Shown here one piece after another: positions 1-9,955 of a stretch of DNA of 64,000 bases. The position numbers and the translations under genes are program-made. Within the stretch, counting starts at the first letter, position 1, and the number at the start of each line of letters is the position of its first letter. Location: the NCBI GenBank assembly GCA_029059055.1, contig JAIDWS010000035.1, forward strand, positions 8,670-72,669, written 5' to 3'. The DNA is from Alphaproteobacteria bacterium. GTDB lineage: Bacteria; Pseudomonadota; Alphaproteobacteria; Rs-D84. The notes under the pieces were generated by a model, which was not told where the DNA came from, ran no database searches, and saw only the letters and a program-made list of their open reading frames with translations.

Positions 1-360
1 GAATATGCCGACACACGCATCATCCGTTTCCACGACGTTCCATTTGGCGCCACGGGTTCTGAATTACACATGCCGCCATACCCCGCATCCACAGATTTGA
101 CACGGAATTTAAAAATCTGGATTCCGAAAATTCATATGGCGTATTTACGCCAGGACGATAAAATGCGGCGTTATAAATTTTATACCGCGAACGTGTCCAC
201 CGACACAAATCCGGCATACCACCGCCATGCGTTATCCATTGCGGACACACATGTAACGTGCAAAAAATATATCACACCAATGCAAACATTGGCCGCGTAT
301 TTTCGGGGCCGAACGCACTATCTGCGTATCAGACGCACTTTAAAAAAATATGGGAAATAA
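1..360 (+). CDS. 3'-partial CDS, C-terminal ~120 aa of an unidentified protein; frame 1 is open from position 1 to the TAA at 358-360
   Basis: Open frame from the window edge; no recognisable motif. Sits next to glycosyltransferase and methyltransferase genes. Confidence 0.3.
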   Translation, partial: EYADTRIIRFHDVPFGATGSELHMPPYPASTDLTRNLKIWIPKIHMAYLRQDDKMRRYKFYTANVSTDTNPAYHRHALSIADTHVTCKKYITPMQTLAAYFRGRTHYLRIRRTLKKYGK

Positions 361-362
361 AA

Positions 363-1589
363 ATGACGATTAAAAAAGCACTTAAAAAGACATTTCGATT
401 TGTTCGCGACATTGTAACGGTTCGCCCCCTGCGCAAATATGTGGGGCGCAAAATCGCCATACAAAAATACCGGCGCATTGTCCAAGATGTCGAATCCCGA
501 TATACCGGCCGTGTGGTATTGATATTCCAACATGCGATGTTTGACACGCGTGGCGAAAAATGTTTCAACGGCGGCGCAGAACGCTATGTAACCGACCTGG
601 CGGATATCTTAACAGACCGCGGATACACCCCGGTTTTGATTCAGATGGGCGATACCGGGGTTGGCCTGTGGGAACAGCGCGTCGGCAACCTGCGCATTTT
701 CGGCATGCCGGTCCGGGATTATCTGGCGGTTTTGCCCCTGTTTCGAAAATATGAATTCGCCATTTATTCCGGCGCGACGCATTGGGGTAAAAAACTGCAT
801 CCGAACATCATGATATCGCATGGCATTACATGGGACGTTCATGGTCATGATGTAAAGCCCAACGATATTCTGTCCATGTTTGCCGGTGTGGACAAATTCG
901 TATCGGTCGACACAAACACAATTTCATGGTTGCGCACAACATTTGCAAAAACATTGCGTCACTTTGATGCAAATTATGTACCGAATTATGTCGACACATC
1001 CATCTATACCCCCAATCCCCGCAAACCAGACGGCCATATTCAAATTACATTTCCGCGGCGCGCCGCGCCCGAACGCGGATATTGGTTAATGTCGGCCGCA
1101 TTGCCGCCCATTATGGAAAAATATCCGAATGTCGTTTTTGACTTTGTGGGTTTTGCACACGGTGACGCCATCAACAACGACATCAAAAAATTGATTGCGC
1201 AATTCCCGGGCCGCGTTAAACACTATGTCTGCGCACCGGACGAAATGCCCGCAATTTATCAACGCGCAGACATATCCCTGGTCCCGACCATCTATGCCGA
1301 AGGCACATCCCTGTCCTGTCTGGAAGCCCAATCCACCGGCAACATCGTCATTGCGACCAATATTGGCGGATTGCCGAATTTGGTGTTTGACGGGTATAAC
1401 GGATTACTGATTAACCCCGACGCATACAGTCTGATGACAGCATTGGACCGTGTATTGGCAGACCCGGATTTACAGAAAAAATTATCCCGCAACGCCATTG
1501 CCGTCGCGACCGCGTTTGACAAGAAAAACTGGATACGCCGCTGGGGGAATATTATCGATTCAATGAACACGGGGGAAATACAGAAATGA
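363..1589 (+). CDS. Glycosyltransferase, GT-B fold family 1/4 (group 1 glycosyl transferase)
   Basis: C-terminal EGTSLSCLEAQSTGNIVIATNIGGLPNLVFDGYNGLL matches the GT1/GT4 EX7E-type signature. Probable start is the ATG at 363 after gggaaataaaa. Its stop overlaps the next gene (ATGA). Confidence 0.7.
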   Translation: MTIKKALKKTFRFVRDIVTVRPLRKYVGRKIAIQKYRRIVQDVESRYTGRVVLIFQHAMFDTRGEKCFNGGAERYVTDLADILTDRGYTPVLIQMGDTGVGLWEQRVGNLRIFGMPVRDYLAVLPLFRKYEFAIYSGATHWGKKLHPNIMISHGITWDVHGHDVKPNDILSMFAGVDKFVSVDTNTISWLRTTFAKTLRHFDANYVPNYVDTSIYTPNPRKPDGHIQITFPRRAAPERGYWLMSAALPPIMEKYPNVVFDFVGFAHGDAINNDIKKLIAQFPGRVKHYVCAPDEMPAIYQRADISLVPTIYAEGTSLSCLEAQSTGNIVIATNIGGLPNLVFDGYNGLLINPDAYSLMTALDRVLADPDLQKKLSRNAIAVATAFDKKNWIRRWGNIIDSMNTGEIQK

Positions 1590-2404
1590 AAAATCCGTTT
1601 CGCCGTCATAAACATTGCGCCCCCGCGGGGACCGACCAAATCGCCCGATTTTTGCACGACATCAAATCGGCCGCGCCGCAATCATACGACCGCCTGACCA
1701 GTGATGCGTGGGCGGCGGCACACGATGACCAATGCGCCCAAATACAAACCCAGATTCGCAGTGACGCATTTCTGAACGAATGGACGGCGGAAATGGAACG
1801 TCTGACCATGCCGGGTGAAACAGTTTTGGAAATCGGATGCGCATTGGGGGCAACGTCCCTGTATCTGGCGCGACGCGGTCGCCATGTGACCGGATTGGAT
1901 TATGCGCAACGCATGTGTGATACATTTGTGGCCAATGCGGCGGCGCTGGGGTTAAACGTGTCATCCATTTGCGCCGACATAACGCGCCCATTGCCGATTA
2001 CAGACAACACATTCGACGTCGTCTGGCATGCGGGTGTTATTGAACATTTTTCCCCCGCCGAATCCCAATTTATCATTCGCGAAAACGCCCGCGTGGCACG
2101 TCGATGCGTGATATCAATGGCCCCGAACGCGGCGTCCATTGCATACCGCATCGGCAAAGAATACGCAGAACGCACCGGCGCATGGCGGGCCGGCACCGAA
2201 TACCCAAAATACACCCAACAAGATTTGTTTATCAACGCGGGGCTGGGTGATATTCGCGAATATTCCATCGACATGGATTTTGCCCTGGCATTTTTACCGC
2301 CCGGCCAATTGCGCGACACATTGGCAACGATTTATCACAATCTGCCGACCGATGATGATATTCACCAGGGCTATTTATTGGTCACCATCGGATACAAAAA
2401 ATAA
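1586..2404 (+). CDS. Class I SAM-dependent methyltransferase
   Basis: Motif I-like VLEIGCALGATSLYLARRGRHVTGLDYAQRM, then post-I acidic loop and motif II. 4-bp overlap with the upstream glycosyltransferase suggests an operon. Confidence 0.7.
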   Translation: MKNPFRRHKHCAPAGTDQIARFLHDIKSAAPQSYDRLTSDAWAAAHDDQCAQIQTQIRSDAFLNEWTAEMERLTMPGETVLEIGCALGATSLYLARRGRHVTGLDYAQRMCDTFVANAAALGLNVSSICADITRPLPITDNTFDVVWHAGVIEHFSPAESQFIIRENARVARRCVISMAPNAASIAYRIGKEYAERTGAWRAGTEYPKYTQQDLFINAGLGDIREYSIDMDFALAFLPPGQLRDTLATIYHNLPTDDDIHQGYLLVTIGYKK

Positions 2405-2427
2405 AACGGGGCGTCGCCCCGTTTTTT
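2405..2427. terminator. Bidirectional rho-independent terminator (acggggcgtcgccccgt hairpin with a T-run)
   Basis: GC hairpin flanked by A-run and T-run between convergent genes. Confidence 0.55.
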
Positions 2428-3499
2428 ATTTCAATTCATCGGCCAGTGTTGCGACCGCAATCGCATACCAGTTTGAATTATTCCATTTTTTAATCCGATA
2501 AAAATTCGGATATGTCAAATATGCCACAATAACGGGCCGCGGCGCGACATCTGTATCTGCGTCTGCGCCATATTGGGATTGTACGTCATCGACAACCGTC
2601 CCCGCCGCGGTCAATGCATCTTGGTTCAAATCAGCCACCAGCCCGGCCACCATATTTGCCAACGGGATTGGGGTTCCATCCGGATTTGTCACACCCATTG
2701 CGGCCCAATCCGCCAAATCTTTTTTGGTTTTACCATCCAACAGCGACACATCAAAATCCGCCGGCAAAACCACACGGCGCACGATACGCTGTGCCGGGTC
2801 CCACCCCAGTTTATTCAGATAATTACCCGCGCTGAACATCGCATCACCCACACTGTTGATGATATCGATTTTACCATCCCCGTTTCCATCCGCGCCATAT
2901 TGTTCCAGTGTGGTTGGGATAAATTGAAAATGCCCCATGGCCCCGGCCCAGCTGCCGTGGATATCGGTAATATCCAATTTATTTTTACTGGCGATTTTCA
3001 TCAGCGCCAGCAATTGCTTTTTAAAGAACGTTTCACGTCGTCCTTCGTACATCAGGGTTAAAAACGCATCGGTTAATTGATGGCGTGCCTTGGTGGCCCC
3101 ATAATTTGATTCCAGCCCCCAAAACGCCAAAATCACATGCGCCGGCACACCGTACGTGGATTCGACCCGCCCCAGCATCGTGGGATAAACATCGCGCATT
3201 TTTCGTCCTGTGGCGATACGGTTTTGATTAATCATACGCCCCAGATATTGGTCCAATGTCAATTTAAATTCGGCCTGGTTGGCGTCGCTGCGAACGATTG
3301 ACGGGATAAATTGCGGCGACCGCAAAGCATCTTTGATTGTATCGGCATCGACACCGGCGGCACTGGCACTGGTGCGAACATCGGCCAAAATGGCATCCCA
3401 CCGGTCCATGTCAAAGCATCCCCGATCCGCGCCCATCGCGCCCCCCGACACCAGGCACAGCACCACCAGCCCGCACAAACGTGACATAAAATGATTCAT
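2426..3499 (-). CDS. Lytic murein transglycosylase (MltB/Slt35-like) with signal peptide
   Basis: N-terminal signal MNHFMSRLCGLVVLCLVSGGAMG. Motifs AFWGLESNYG and GAMGHFQFIP are typical of MltB-family lytic transglycosylases. Confidence 0.75.
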   Translation of the reverse strand: MNHFMSRLCGLVVLCLVSGGAMGADRGCFDMDRWDAILADVRTSASAAGVDADTIKDALRSPQFIPSIVRSDANQAEFKLTLDQYLGRMINQNRIATGRKMRDVYPTMLGRVESTYGVPAHVILAFWGLESNYGATKARHQLTDAFLTLMYEGRRETFFKKQLLALMKIASKNKLDITDIHGSWAGAMGHFQFIPTTLEQYGADGNGDGKIDIINSVGDAMFSAGNYLNKLGWDPAQRIVRRVVLPADFDVSLLDGKTKKDLADWAAMGVTNPDGTPIPLANMVAGLVADLNQDALTAAGTVVDDVQSQYGADADTDVAPRPVIVAYLTYPNFYRIKKWNNSNWYAIAVATLADELK

Positions 3500-3523
3500 A
3501 TCAACAACCTTGGTTTAAAAAAA

Positions 3524-5005
3524 CTAAAACGCGTACTTTACACCGATGTGCAATCCGAACGATTGCCACGTGGCATATTTCAAAGAATTCGATACATCTT
3601 CGGTATGTGCCGGCACCGTTTCCAAAATCGGCAGATTATTGTCATCCAAGATATACTGGCCATTTTCATCAATCAAATAATGGCTGTATTCCGCGATGTA
3701 CAATTTGCCCGGGATTTTTCCCACATGGAAACAGTTTGTATCAACCTTGATTGACAATTTCAACCGGTCGGACAATCGGTAATCGTATTCCATTTCTGCG
3801 ACATACGAATATGCGCCTTTGCTGCCTTCGTCCAAGAAACTGGGGTTTTGTTGCCAATCCGTACGGTTGGGCCAAATACCTTCGGATGAATACTTTGGCA
3901 AACCGAACTGAACGTAAAAGCGCAACTTGTCGTTCAGTGTCATTTGCTTTTCCACTTCTAACCCGACGTAAAAACCACTCCATGTCGTGTTATAAATGTG
4001 CGTTGTACCGTCAATCCGCACCATGCCGTCACCACCGATGATGACGCAATCCCCGGCTTCAACACCCCACGGAATGGTACCCATGGCCGGGTCATAATCG
4101 CCGGTCACCAACTGGTTCCCCAATTCAAAGAACCCACTGCCTGGGGCCTGGACCAATTTGATATCTTCGGGCGACATACAAACCTGGTACCAATCATCGG
4201 GCGCGGTTGTCCCGACCGGCAACGTAAAATAATACCCTTCGGCATTGCCGTAAACATAATCGCCCTTGTCCGTCATTAACGGCAGATATATCCCGGGATT
4301 GGGATAAATATGGTCGGACATTTCCAGGTTATGTTTAAATATTTCGTATCCGATGGACGGCGACAATTTCCACCCGCCAATATCCCAGATATGATATGCC
4401 CCCAATCCGATACGCAAATGATTACTGCGCCCGGACATATCCCCCATGGAAATTGTAAATATCCCTTCGTATGGGCGCGCATGGTCGAACGGTTCCAAAT
4501 CGTAATCCATGGACAATCCCCCATGGTTTAAATCACCGTACGTATATTCGCCATACGCAAACAAATCGAAATTACGCAACGCAAAGTTATGTCGCGCCCC
4601 GACGGTCAATTCGTTAAAGACCATGTCATCCCATTCCAAGATGGAATTAACGCCGGTTTTAAATGTAAAATCTGCAAAGCGCCGTGTATATCCGGCATAA
4701 ATACTGGGCCCCTTTTCCGCGTCGGGCGCCAACGCAATACCGTTGGGCGTCATGGTGCCGTATGTTTGCGGCAAGGTTGCGGTGGCACGTGGCACTTCGT
4801 ACGATTGGGTGCGCGTTCCGACCACCTGTTTTTGTCCGGATTGGCCCACGTATTTGGTATACCCCTGGGCGGCATATTGCCCGTATCCCATTTGATTGGC
4901 GTTCTGGGTCTGGGTTTGATAATAAACAGGCACCCCTTCTTGGGCGGCAATCGCCCCCCCAGACATCAAGATTACAGACAAAAATGCAAAAAATCGTGTA
5001 TTCAT
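3524..5005 (-). CDS. Outer-membrane beta-barrel protein (porin-like), signal peptide MNTRFFAFLSVILMSGGAIAA
   Basis: Signal peptide. Tyr/Gly-rich alternating hydrophobic strands. C-terminal ...KYAF aromatic residue typical of BAM substrates. The in-frame extension to 5182 lacks an RBS and is not used. Confidence 0.5.
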   Translation of the reverse strand: MNTRFFAFLSVILMSGGAIAAQEGVPVYYQTQTQNANQMGYGQYAAQGYTKYVGQSGQKQVVGTRTQSYEVPRATATLPQTYGTMTPNGIALAPDAEKGPSIYAGYTRRFADFTFKTGVNSILEWDDMVFNELTVGARHNFALRNFDLFAYGEYTYGDLNHGGLSMDYDLEPFDHARPYEGIFTISMGDMSGRSNHLRIGLGAYHIWDIGGWKLSPSIGYEIFKHNLEMSDHIYPNPGIYLPLMTDKGDYVYGNAEGYYFTLPVGTTAPDDWYQVCMSPEDIKLVQAPGSGFFELGNQLVTGDYDPAMGTIPWGVEAGDCVIIGGDGMVRIDGTTHIYNTTWSGFYVGLEVEKQMTLNDKLRFYVQFGLPKYSSEGIWPNRTDWQQNPSFLDEGSKGAYSYVAEMEYDYRLSDRLKLSIKVDTNCFHVGKIPGKLYIAEYSHYLIDENGQYILDDNNLPILETVPAHTEDVSNSLKYATWQSFGLHIGVKYAF

Positions 5006-5068
5006 ACCTACTAATATCACGGGTATTATAACATAAAAATACAACCCACGCAAAGCGTTAATTATTCC

Positions 5069-6163
5069 GTGACAATCGCCCCGCCACAGATTATGATGAA
5101 AATCATGACACCGGCACACAATCTGTATATTCACGTCCCGTTTTGCATATCGAAATGCAATTACTGCGCTTTTTTTTCGCACCCATGTCGCACACCCGAT
5201 TGGGACGCGTACGCATCCGCCATTTGCGACGAAATCAAATCATGGCGCGAACGCCTGGGGCAAATTGTCATCCCCACCGTTTTTTTCGGCGGCGGGACAC
5301 CGTCACTGATGCCGACACAAACATTCGGCCAAATCATGACATGCATTGCACAAAATTTTGACATTGCGCCGGGGGCGGAAATTACCCTGGAATCCAATCC
5401 GGGGACACTGGACGCGGCGCGCCTGCGTGAATTTATGGCCCATGGGATTAACCGTCTGTCGGTGGGGGTTCAATCATTGAACGATGACACGTTGCGCTTT
5501 TTGGGGCGACGCCACACGGCGGCGGACGCATTAACACTGATTGACACGGCGCACAAAATGGGACTGCGCACGTCGGGGGATTTTATATACGGCATCCCAG
5601 ACCAAACGGCCGACGATGTAACCCGCATGTGCCGGCAAATCAACGCGGTGGGATTACGCCATTGTTCCATGTACGAATTAACCATCGAACCCGACACACC
5701 ATTTGGAAAAATGAATCTGGCGATGCCGTCAAACGACACAATGGCCGACATGTACACCGCGATTGGCGAAACGTTGGCATTGCCCCGGTACGAAGTGTCG
5801 AATTACGCCGCCCTACCCGACCAATGCCGCCACAATGCGAACATCTGGGCGGGGGACGCATATATCGGATTGGGTCGCGGCGCGGCGGGGCGCGTTGTCA
5901 TTGACGGCATTTGGCACGACCAGATGGGGGCGGGCCTGCGCTGTGCGCCGATGACGTCCCACGACCGTGCGGTTGAAAAAATCATCACCGGCATGCGCAC
6001 CATGCGCGGCGTTCAATTAACAGATGACGTACGCGCGGCACTGGATTGGGATGCGGTTACGACATGCACCGACGCGGTGACCCTGCGCCCGGACGGATTC
6101 TTGGCCCCCACCGCAAAAGGCATATTGATTTTGGACAATTTACTGGTAAAATTAATTCGGTAA
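5069..6163 (+). CDS. hemW: Radical SAM heme chaperone HemW (HemN-like coproporphyrinogen oxidase family)
   Basis: LYIHVPFCISKCNYCAF (CxxxCxxC radical SAM), GGGTPS, HemW-type C-terminus. Confidence 0.8.
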   Translation: MTIAPPQIMMKIMTPAHNLYIHVPFCISKCNYCAFFSHPCRTPDWDAYASAICDEIKSWRERLGQIVIPTVFFGGGTPSLMPTQTFGQIMTCIAQNFDIAPGAEITLESNPGTLDAARLREFMAHGINRLSVGVQSLNDDTLRFLGRRHTAADALTLIDTAHKMGLRTSGDFIYGIPDQTADDVTRMCRQINAVGLRHCSMYELTIEPDTPFGKMNLAMPSNDTMADMYTAIGETLALPRYEVSNYAALPDQCRHNANIWAGDAYIGLGRGAAGRVVIDGIWHDQMGAGLRCAPMTSHDRAVEKIITGMRTMRGVQLTDDVRAALDWDAVTTCTDAVTLRPDGFLAPTAKGILILDNLLVKLIR

Positions 6164-6166
6164 AAA

Positions 6167-8152
6167 ATGGAAAGCAAATTCTGGAACATCATTGGCGTTA
6201 TTGCGGTTGCCGCCGCCGTCGCCATTGCATATTTTGTATCAAAGGAAACACACATGACCACAGGCATCAAGACAGAAAACATGGACACCAGCGTTCGCCC
6301 CGGCGACGATTTTTATGATTACGCGACATTGGGCTGGCGCCGTGCCAATCCGATTCCGGACGATTACACACGTTACGGGTCGTTTGACGTTCTGCGGGAC
6401 CAGAATTTGAACCGCGTCCGCGAAATTGCCGAAACCGACGACGGAAAAATCGGCACATTGTACCGCGTGGCGATGGACGCAGACAAATTGAACGCCGACG
6501 GCACCGCGCCGGTTCAACCGTACCTGGCGGAAATTGACGCGATAAAATCGACGGATGAATTACCGGCATTTTTGGGCCGGATGCACCACCACGCAACGGC
6601 GTTCTGGGGCGACTGGGTTGCACTGGACGAAATGGACAGCACGCATTTCCTGTATAACATTGGCCAGGGTGCCATTGGTCTGTCGCGCGATTATTATTTT
6701 GATGACGATGAAAAATCCCGCGAAATCCGCACCAAGTACAAAAAATACATCACAGACCAAATGGCCAATTTCGGCATTCCGGTCGACGCGGAAAAATTAT
6801 ACACCCTGGAAGAACGCATGGCCAAATCATTTTATCCAAAAGAAAAACTGCGCGATCCCCACGCCAATTATCACAAGATGTCATTGGCGCAAATCCGCGC
6901 AGAATTTCCAGATTTTGATTGGGACGCATTTTTATCGGCACGCGGTGCAACCCCCGAATACATCAACATCGCCCAGGTTGAACCCATCGCCGAATCCATC
7001 AAAATCATGCACGACACAGATTTGGATTTGATTAAAACATATTTGAAATGGCGGATGATTAATTCTGGCGTGTCGTTGTTGGACGACAAAACATACGACA
7101 TCGCATTTGATTTTTACAATCGCACCATGGCGGGCCAACCCACGCCCAAGGCACGATGGAAACGCGCGGTATATTTACTGGACGATTCCCTGGGCGAAGA
7201 AATCGGCCGTCTGTACGTCAAAAAATATTTTTCCCCCGCGGCCAAAGACCGCATGCAGCATCTGGTTCAAAATCTGCAACGCGCATATCGGATGCGTATT
7301 GAAAAACTGGATTGGATGTCGGACGAAACCAAAGAAAAAGCCCTGGAAAAACTGGACACATTCCGCGCAAAAATCGGATATCCCGACCGTTGGCGTGATT
7401 ATTCGAAACTGGACATCCGGGATGATTCCCTGTGGGATAATATGGTGCGCGTCGCCGAATTCCAGGACCGCTTTTGGTTGGACAAAATCGGCGGTCCGAA
7501 CGATCCGACCCTGTGGTATATGAACGCCCACGAAGTCAACGCATATTACGACCCGTCGACCAACGAAATCTGTTTCCCGGCCGGCATTTTGCAACCGCCG
7601 TTTTTCGACATGGCGGCCGACGACGCGTTTAATTACGGCGCCATCGGCAGTGTGATTGGCCACGAAATGACGCACGGATTTGACGATTCCGGACGCAAAT
7701 TCGACCGCGATGGAAACCTGCGCGATTGGTGGACGGCGGCCGATGGCGCGCGCTTTGACGCCCAGGCATCCGTTCTGCGCGATTTTTTCAATAACATCCT
7801 GGTGGCACCCGGCACATATGCCAACGGTGAATTTACACTGGGCGAAAACTTGGCAGATTACGGCGGCATTACAATCGCGTTCACCGCGTACCAGAATTTT
7901 GCCACACCCGCCGCAACCGATGAACACGGCATGACGGGCGACATGCGCTTTTTCATCGCATACGCCGGGACCGAAGCCGGCAACATCCGCGACGACGCGA
8001 TTTTATTGCGGACAAAAACCGACGAACATTCGCTGTCGCGGTGGCGCGTAAACGGCATTTTGCCCCATATTGACGCATGGTACGACGCGTTCAACATCGG
8101 CCCGAACGACAAACTGTATGTCGCCCCGGATAAACGCATTAAATTATGGTAA
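6167..8152 (+). CDS. M13 family zinc metallopeptidase (neprilysin/PepO-like), type II membrane anchor
   Basis: N-terminal TM anchor, HEMTHGFDD (HExxH) and downstream GENLAD motif. Confidence 0.85.
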   Translation: MESKFWNIIGVIAVAAAVAIAYFVSKETHMTTGIKTENMDTSVRPGDDFYDYATLGWRRANPIPDDYTRYGSFDVLRDQNLNRVREIAETDDGKIGTLYRVAMDADKLNADGTAPVQPYLAEIDAIKSTDELPAFLGRMHHHATAFWGDWVALDEMDSTHFLYNIGQGAIGLSRDYYFDDDEKSREIRTKYKKYITDQMANFGIPVDAEKLYTLEERMAKSFYPKEKLRDPHANYHKMSLAQIRAEFPDFDWDAFLSARGATPEYINIAQVEPIAESIKIMHDTDLDLIKTYLKWRMINSGVSLLDDKTYDIAFDFYNRTMAGQPTPKARWKRAVYLLDDSLGEEIGRLYVKKYFSPAAKDRMQHLVQNLQRAYRMRIEKLDWMSDETKEKALEKLDTFRAKIGYPDRWRDYSKLDIRDDSLWDNMVRVAEFQDRFWLDKIGGPNDPTLWYMNAHEVNAYYDPSTNEICFPAGILQPPFFDMAADDAFNYGAIGSVIGHEMTHGFDDSGRKFDRDGNLRDWWTAADGARFDAQASVLRDFFNNILVAPGTYANGEFTLGENLADYGGITIAFTAYQNFATPAATDEHGMTGDMRFFIAYAGTEAGNIRDDAILLRTKTDEHSLSRWRVNGILPHIDAWYDAFNIGPNDKLYVAPDKRIKLW

Positions 8153-8181
8153 AAAAAACACCGGCAAATGCCGGTGTTTTT
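8151..8181. terminator. Bidirectional terminator, hairpin caccggcaaatgccggtg (copy 1 of 3 of this hairpin family)
   Basis: A-run, perfect 7-bp stem, T-run; lies between convergent genes. Confidence 0.6.
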
Positions 8182-8431
8182 ATTCACGTTCATATTCGGG
8201 CAATGGGGTTGGAATAAATTTGGCGAAATCGTCCATCCGCGCCCCGGTCGACGCCAGAATTTTGGACAAACTGTGCATGGATGGCCAGCGTGGTTTTCCT
8301 TCCTTGGACCAGCGTTTACTGCGGTTAAACGTGGTCGGGTCCAACCCACTGCATTTGGCCAACCCCGAACAAGACATCTTATGTTCGCTGGCGAACCGTT
8401 CAATGGCATTCCATATATCTTCGTGCGTCAT
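8180..8431 (-). CDS. Small XRE/Cro-like helix-turn-helix DNA-binding protein
   Basis: HTH-like segment MSCSGLAKCSGLDPTTFNRSKRWSKEG; 83 aa. Confidence 0.45.
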   Translation of the reverse strand: MTHEDIWNAIERFASEHKMSCSGLAKCSGLDPTTFNRSKRWSKEGKPRWPSMHSLSKILASTGARMDDFAKFIPTPLPEYERE

Positions 8432-8547
8432 TTCTCTCTCCTGTTGCTGTAAAAATCAGAATACAATACATAAATTATCGGCGGCCAACCGGCCCCATAT
8501 ATCAAACACCAGGGTAAAATACAGCGCAAAAAAATGGTACAGGTTTG

Positions 8548-8997
8548 TTATCCTGCGATTTTCAGATTGGGTCGCATCGCCCGCAAATTATTCAGTGATT
8601 TTTCCTGGGCAACGCGGAATTCGGCCGGGTTCCAGATTTGAAAGCTGTTCCCGCGTCCGACAAAGACAGCCGTATCTGTGATACCGGCATGTTGCAGCAA
8701 TTCGGCCGGAATAACGATACGCCCGGTTACATCGAACGCCAACGGCCGCGCATCCGCGAACAGCATGGCCGACAAATCGTCCATTTCGCTGTCAAAGACG
8801 CCCATTTGGTCGGTTGCCGCCGCCATTTTTTCCATGCGGCCCATGGCCAACCCTTCGATACAATTGTGTGTGAACGACCGGTACAGAACGACCCCCGGGA
8901 ACGCATCATGCGCAACCGAAGCACGGAAAGACGCCGGGACGGAAATGCGTCCCTTGCTATCCAAACGGTTTTCATAAGATGAGAGAAACAATGACAT
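8548..8997 (-). CDS. mraZ: Transcriptional regulator MraZ, with no downstream dcw genes
   Basis: MSLFLSSYENRLDSKGRISVPASFRA... shows the duplicated SpoVT/AbrB-like halves typical of MraZ. Confidence 0.85.
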   Translation of the reverse strand: MSLFLSSYENRLDSKGRISVPASFRASVAHDAFPGVVLYRSFTHNCIEGLAMGRMEKMAAATDQMGVFDSEMDDLSAMLFADARPLAFDVTGRIVIPAELLQHAGITDTAVFVGRGNSFQIWNPAEFRVAQEKSLNNLRAMRPNLKIAG

Positions 8998-9367
8998 TTC
9001 TGTATTCCGTACGGGGCGTGTCCCTGTGCATCCTTCTGGCTTCTGATACAGACGGTAGCATGGTCACCAATGGTTGTCAATGACATTTTATAATCCACGC
9101 ATGGGATTTCATGGTTTTACAAGTAAAATTGCATATTTTTAAAATAATTTTCAAATAAACTTATTTTTCGCTTGACCATCGATTCGTTTTTGTTCTATGA
9201 TTCGTGTATAGACAACCAAGAAATTAACAAAAAGCCCAGAAAACCGCCTAAAAACCGGATTTCTGCCAAAAACAAAAGCGAAACAAAAAATTTGATTCAG
9301 GAATTTGTAAATACAAACTCTGGCTTGGATTTTTGATTTCAATCAAAAGAAAGGGGGGAACCGCATC

Positions 9368-9703
9368 ATGCAAAAGAATATCAAAGAAATTATGATTGCC
9401 CTGAACAAAGTCCTGACGACAACTGTTTGGGTCGACGAAAACCGCCAAATCGTATCGTTAAGTGACCAGTTGCAAATTGGCCGCAACAACGCGCCGCGTT
9501 CCATCGAAGATTTGTCACGCCCGTCCCTGGTTGGGGCATACGTATCGTTGCAAATTCGCACGGACAATTTTGACATCGCGGCCGAAAGCATGGATACCAA
9601 GGCATTGGCCATGCGCGTCAAAGAAATGGTCTTTGCCGAAGCAAAAAAGATTATGGACGCCGGCGACGCCGCATCGTCCGACAAGTTTGCCATGGCGGCA
9701 TAA
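9368..9703 (+). CDS. Hypothetical 111-aa protein downstream of an AT-rich intergenic region
   Basis: RBS aaaggggggaa; terminator hairpin at 9735-9770. Confidence 0.4.
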   Translation: MQKNIKEIMIALNKVLTTTVWVDENRQIVSLSDQLQIGRNNAPRSIEDLSRPSLVGAYVSLQIRTDNFDIAAESMDTKALAMRVKEMVFAEAKKIMDAGDAASSDKFAMAA

Positions 9704-9780
9704 CAGTTTCCGGTCCATACCGGAAGGAAGGGAGCCTGTCGGTCCATTCGGACCGACAGTTTTTTTATCATGACCATTTT

Positions 9781-9900
9781 ACTGGATTGCCACGCTGCGC
9801 TGACGCTTGCTCGCAATGACAAAGGAGGTGAAATTCCTGGAACTTTATCACCCTTGTCATTGCGAGCCATCGGCGAAGCAATCCAGTAAATAAATCCCCA
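9781..9900. repeat. Imperfect-palindromic repeat element of about 105-120 bp, copy 1 (actggattgc ... cgcaatgacaa ... ttgtcattgcga ... gcaatccagt, aataaatcccc tail)
   Basis: Nested inverted repeats; a second copy lies at 15560-15680. Confidence 0.7.
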
Positions 9901-9920
9901 CACCAATAAATTCAAATTCC

Positions 9921-9949
9921 TTGAAACTTCGCGTGGGATGCGATATACT
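9921..9949 (+). promoter_or_regulatory. Sigma70-like promoter TTGAAA-17-TATACT for leader A and its downstream gene
   Basis: Hexamers at 9921-9926 and 9944-9949, 17-bp spacer. Confidence 0.5.
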
Positions 9950-9955
9950 TTCCTT

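Noticed and set aside
2139-2501. Small ORFs overlapping the ends of the methyltransferase and MltB genes, and similar ORFs of under 100 aa embedded throughout other confident genes
   Set aside because: No RBS and no motifs. They overlap confident genes and are overlap artefacts.
9000-9360. Canonical MraZ-box (TGGGN direct repeats) operator upstream of mraZ
   Set aside because: Only a single TGGGA was found (catgggatttcatgg). Without a clear triple repeat I could not call an operator.
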